A stretch of 64,000 nt of DNA. It comes from Monocercomonoides exilis PA203. Lineage: Eukaryota; Protista; Preaxostyla. Shown here in pieces: positions 60,567-64,000 of this stretch (the stretch's first letter is position 1; each line of letters starts with the position of its first letter). The notes beneath the pieces were generated by a model. That model was not told the origin of the DNA, ran no database searches, and worked only from the letters and a program-made list of their open reading frames with translations. The position numbers and the translations under genes are program-made. The stretch covers positions 1 through 64,000 of the forward strand of contig LSRY02000033.1 in assembly GCA_001643675.2 (NCBI GenBank), in the 5' to 3' direction.

Positions 60567-63500
60567 TCAGATATTCACATTTCTATCCTTTAAATTCATT
60601 GTAACCTTTTGTTCATCAAGGATAGAATTATCCAAACCCCACTTCTCCCCAAGAACTAAATCAAAACAGGCTTTTGGCATCACAAGCCCATCATTCATTC
60701 TCCATTTCCACACAGCCAGCCTGTGCAATGCAATAAGGTTCAATCGTTGCCTCAAAGCAGATAAATACATAGCAACAGCAGCGAAAATCTTATCAAAATC
60801 GCTTTCTTCTTTTTTCTTCATAAGCTCATCATGAAGACGTATGAACAGAGGGCCAAGATAAGCACGGCTTGTGGATCTGATTAAAATGCGCAGTTCTCTC
60901 AGTGCAAAGAACAGAGGAAGCGAACGTGTGGCAGAACGAGGAGCAGAAAGGAGATGGGAAAGAAGATTGTGCTGCCACAATGACAAGTGAGGCTTGTTTG
61001 TGAATACCAAGCGCATGTGCAGATGAAGGTGCTGTGCTGTCTGAGAATGAAGCACTGACTGCAATCTTCCACCAGATCGCAGGCTGAAGAAAGGTGTTTG
61101 CCGAGGAGAGTGGATAAGCAAAGGTGATGGCGAAGGGTATCCTGGTGATCCCTCCAAAAATGGAGATAAGAAATCTTGGGAAGAAGAATCTGACAATTCC
61201 TGAGCTTGCGATTGAGTGTCACTCGTTTTTGATTTGCGGCTGTTAATTTTCTTTGTAATTGTTTGTTGTGCTGGAGTTGAAGTGCTTGAAGAAGTTGAAT
61301 TCTTTCTTTCTTTCTTTCCTGATTTTGTCAGTTTTGAATGCCCAATTGTTGACTTTGGAGTTCTCAGACTCGATCTTATTGATTTTTGTTCAACAGATTT
61401 TGATCTTAAAGACATTTGTCGAGGAGAGGGAGATGACGTTTTTGATACACTGCTTTGTCTTAGCTTTTCCTTATTTTTAAACGTGATTCGCAGTTTAATT
61501 CTCCGAACTTTTGGAGATGCTTTCTTTTCCTCTTTTATTTCTTGTAATTGTTGTAATTCTTCTTTCACAAAATCTTCTTTTGGAAAAGTATTTAATGGTT
61601 GTAATGTTTCTTCAGATGCTTCTGTAACTGTGGAAATGGAAGGTTCAGCCATTTCACTTTTCACTGAAGTGTTCACATATGGAACAAGAGAGGCAGCCAA
61701 TGGCTCTTCGGCAGCATGTTCGATGCTTGTTTGATTAGAATCGCAGACTTTTGATTCCTCATTAATGTTTTGCATGCTCTCATGTGAATCAACTGGTAAA
61801 GCATTTGATATCAAAATATCTGGTCTATCATCTTGTTTTTCTTGATCTTCGAATTGAACTGTTGTTGAATGGTTATAATATGAATCTTCCCTTCTCATCA
61901 ATTCATTTTCAGATAAAGCAGAAGTCAATTCATCAATAATGTTTGAGCATGTGGAATCGGAAATAAGAATGCTTGCGTTTCCTTCCTTTTCTTTTATTGA
62001 TTCTGTTTCTTGTTGAACTGCTTGATTTCCTTTATAATCAGCATTTGGAATGACAACTTCTGATGCTTTTTCTTCTGAATCAGTATTCATCCTTGAGTTC
62101 CTCGTTGTGTCAGTTTTTCTCTTGCTTTTTGTACTTATTCGAATGGATTTCACTTTTTTGATTCTTAGAACTTTCTCTTCTCTGTCTTTTTGCTTGTTCT
62201 CCATCGTCAAACGCTCAAGCTCAGTTTTTCTTTCTCTTTTTTGTATCTTCTTTGAAACCTCATTGTTATTCTCGCTGATGCCTTCTTGCTCTTCTTTGTC
62301 TTCCTCTTCTTCTATTCTTCTTTCTAAATTTGATTCTTCTTTTTCTTTCCCTTCAAGTTCGTTAGTTTCTTCAAAATGGCTGAATTCTTCCATTTCACTT
62401 GCATCTTTATCATTTGTTATTCCTCCGCTAAAATCTTCTTCCATTTGGATTTTTGTATCGTCTTTGTCCAAAGAATCTTCAGTCACATCTTCAAAACTTT
62501 TCTCACATTCAGTGCTCAATTGTTCTTCCTCTGTCTTCTCTTCCAAGCTCTTCTCTTCTGATTCATCTGTTTTGATTTCATCATTCTCCAACTTTAGTTC
62601 TTCTTCTTCTTCTTTGTTCTTTTCATCACTTTCATTATTTTCCTTTTTAACAATCTTCTCTTTATCTTTTTTAGTTATTTTAATGACTTTCGATCTGCTT
62701 CCAACTTTTTTCTCAACTTTTAATTTTTTGGCTCCGTTTTTGTTTTCGTTTTCCACATTTGACTTGTTCTTGTCGCTTTCATCATTTCTGCACATTTCCT
62801 TTGTATCATCATTTGAAAGTCCTGTGCCTTCCATCAATGCTGCATCCCTTTTCAGCAACAAAATCTCTTTCTTTAATCTCCTAATTTTTTGCTCTTTTTT
62901 TGCATTTGTTTGCATTGTGCTTTCATTGCTTGTCTGCTCCTCAACCTTTTCTGGATGATCTGTTTGTTCTACTTTTCTATTGCTGATCTTAATTTTCAAA
63001 ATCGGAGTGACTTTCTTTTTCGGCTCTCCTCTTTCTTTCTTTTCTTCTTCTTTTGCTTCTTCACTTCCTCTTGTTGCAGGACTCCTCACATTTTTCGCTT
63101 TTGTATCATCTGAATAGATTTCTTTCTCTTTTTCTGCTTCCTTGTTTGGCTTCGCTTTCTTTGATTTGGAATCAACAAATGGCATTTTCAACTTGCTCAT
63201 CTCTTCTTTTGCAATGTCTGCTTCCTTCAAATCAGCATAAAGAGATCGTATTTCCTTTGATTGTCTTGTCAATTTGTTGACCATTTTTGTATTTTCATTG
63301 CTTAGCAAAATTCTTTCTTTTCGTATTTCTGTTGCATCATTCAAAACTTTGTGATTTCTAAGAGTCAAATGCTCTGTCTTTTCATCGTCATCACTTGATC
63401 CGTCTTCTTCCTCACTGTTTTCATTGCTTTGTGTTCTTAAACGCATCGTGAATCCTTTTTCATCCTTTGCTTCATCGGCTGCTTGTTGTTTTAGTACTTT

Positions 63501-64000
63501 TTCCAACTCCTTCATTTTCAGTGAAAGATTTCTTTTTCGTTTCACTTCTTCATTCCCTTCTGAAATCTTCTTCTTTTCTCCTCCTGCAGTATTTGCACTT
63601 CTCAAACGACTTGTAATTTGTCTGTCTTCAGATTCATTTGTCTCTTCATCTGATTCTTCTTCCTCCTCCTCTTCCTCTTCCTCTTCTTCTTCTTCTTCTT
63701 CCTCCTCTTCTTCCTCATCATCATCATCTTCTTCCTCTTCCTCTTCTTCTTCTTCTTCAGAATCATCACTTTTGTTTTCGCTTCGTAAATTCAGGCTTTT
63801 GGCTGTCATTCGAAGTTTAGCAACATTTCCTTCATTTTGCCCATTCTTTTTAACTCCTTCTTTATCTTTCTCATTCACTTTTCGAATGCTACTCAACCTC
63901 AATACGCTTCGATAATTTGGAGATTCAATGTTTTTCGCTTTGATTTCATTGTCTTTTTCTTCTTTATCACTTTTGTTGATTTCATTAGGCTTCCTTAATC
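60567..64000 (-). CDS. 5'-partial Glu/Lys-rich protein with a ~170-aa helical C-terminal domain, function unknown
   Basis: The frame is open from the window edge to the TGA at 60567 (over 1140 codons). The C-terminal segment PFFSLRSGG...KWGLD is compositionally complex. Confidence 0.8.
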   Translation of the reverse strand, partial: LRKPNEINKSDKEEKDNEIKAKNIESPNYRSVLRLSSIRKVNEKDKEGVKKNGQNEGNVAKLRMTAKSLNLRSENKSDDSEEEEEEEEEEDDDDEEEEEEEEEEEEEEEEEEEEESDEETNESEDRQITSRLRSANTAGGEKKKISEGNEEVKRKRNLSLKMKELEKVLKQQAADEAKDEKGFTMRLRTQSNENSEEEDGSSDDDEKTEHLTLRNHKVLNDATEIRKERILLSNENTKMVNKLTRQSKEIRSLYADLKEADIAKEEMSKLKMPFVDSKSKKAKPNKEAEKEKEIYSDDTKAKNVRSPATRGSEEAKEEEKKERGEPKKKVTPILKIKISNRKVEQTDHPEKVEEQTSNESTMQTNAKKEQKIRRLKKEILLLKRDAALMEGTGLSNDDTKEMCRNDESDKNKSNVENENKNGAKKLKVEKKVGSRSKVIKITKKDKEKIVKKENNESDEKNKEEEEELKLENDEIKTDESEEKSLEEKTEEEQLSTECEKSFEDVTEDSLDKDDTKIQMEEDFSGGITNDKDASEMEEFSHFEETNELEGKEKEESNLERRIEEEEDKEEQEGISENNNEVSKKIQKRERKTELERLTMENKQKDREEKVLRIKKVKSIRISTKSKRKTDTTRNSRMNTDSEEKASEVVIPNADYKGNQAVQQETESIKEKEGNASILISDSTCSNIIDELTSALSENELMRREDSYYNHSTTVQFEDQEKQDDRPDILISNALPVDSHESMQNINEESKVCDSNQTSIEHAAEEPLAASLVPYVNTSVKSEMAEPSISTVTEASEETLQPLNTFPKEDFVKEELQQLQEIKEEKKASPKVRRIKLRITFKNKEKLRQSSVSKTSSPSPRQMSLRSKSVEQKSIRSSLRTPKSTIGHSKLTKSGKKERKNSTSSSTSTPAQQTITKKINSRKSKTSDTQSQAQELSDSSSQDFLSPFLEGSPGYPSPSPLLIHSPRQTPFFSLRSGGRLQSVLHSQTAQHLHLHMRLVFTNKPHLSLWQHNLLSHLLSAPRSATRSLPLFFALRELRILIRSTSRAYLGPLFIRLHDELMKKKEESDFDKIFAAVAMYLSALRQRLNLIALHRLAVWKWRMNDGLVMPKACFDLVLGEKWGLDNSILDEQKVTMNLKDRNVNI

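Overview
Eukaryotic, AT-rich genomic DNA with short GT-AG introns and standard-code ORFs full of poly-Ser/Glu/Lys tracts. The style points to an oxymonad such as Monocercomonoides (inference). The window has three zones. (1) 1-9 kb: the 3' end of a USP deubiquitinase gene, then decayed coding remnants. (2) 9.9-37 kb: mostly intact genes, namely BBS4 (7 exons, long acidic tail), a 2397-aa Ser-rich protein with a split TKI1/Cramped-like domain, a 5-exon WD40 gene, a frameshifted member of a helical lineage-specific family, and a 2089-aa protein with an EME1/MUS81-like HhH region. (3) 39.5-60 kb: a nested transposon graveyard with a DIRS (RNase H/MT/YR) remnant, a Merlin/IS1595 transposase, a Sola-like transposase remnant, a pogo/DDE_1 transposase, three distinct MITE families and a broken USP9/24/34-like gene. 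A 5'-truncated acidic gene runs off the right edge. The strongest direct observation is a 269-bp element with ATTT target-site duplications (TSDs), present twice in inverted orientation. One copy sits in the catalytic His-box of the USP gene and the other in the DIRS recombinase, and the two share a sharply bounded 165-bp tract of perfect identity. I found no unambiguous novel multi-gene system. All family assignments come from motif recognition by eye, not database searches.
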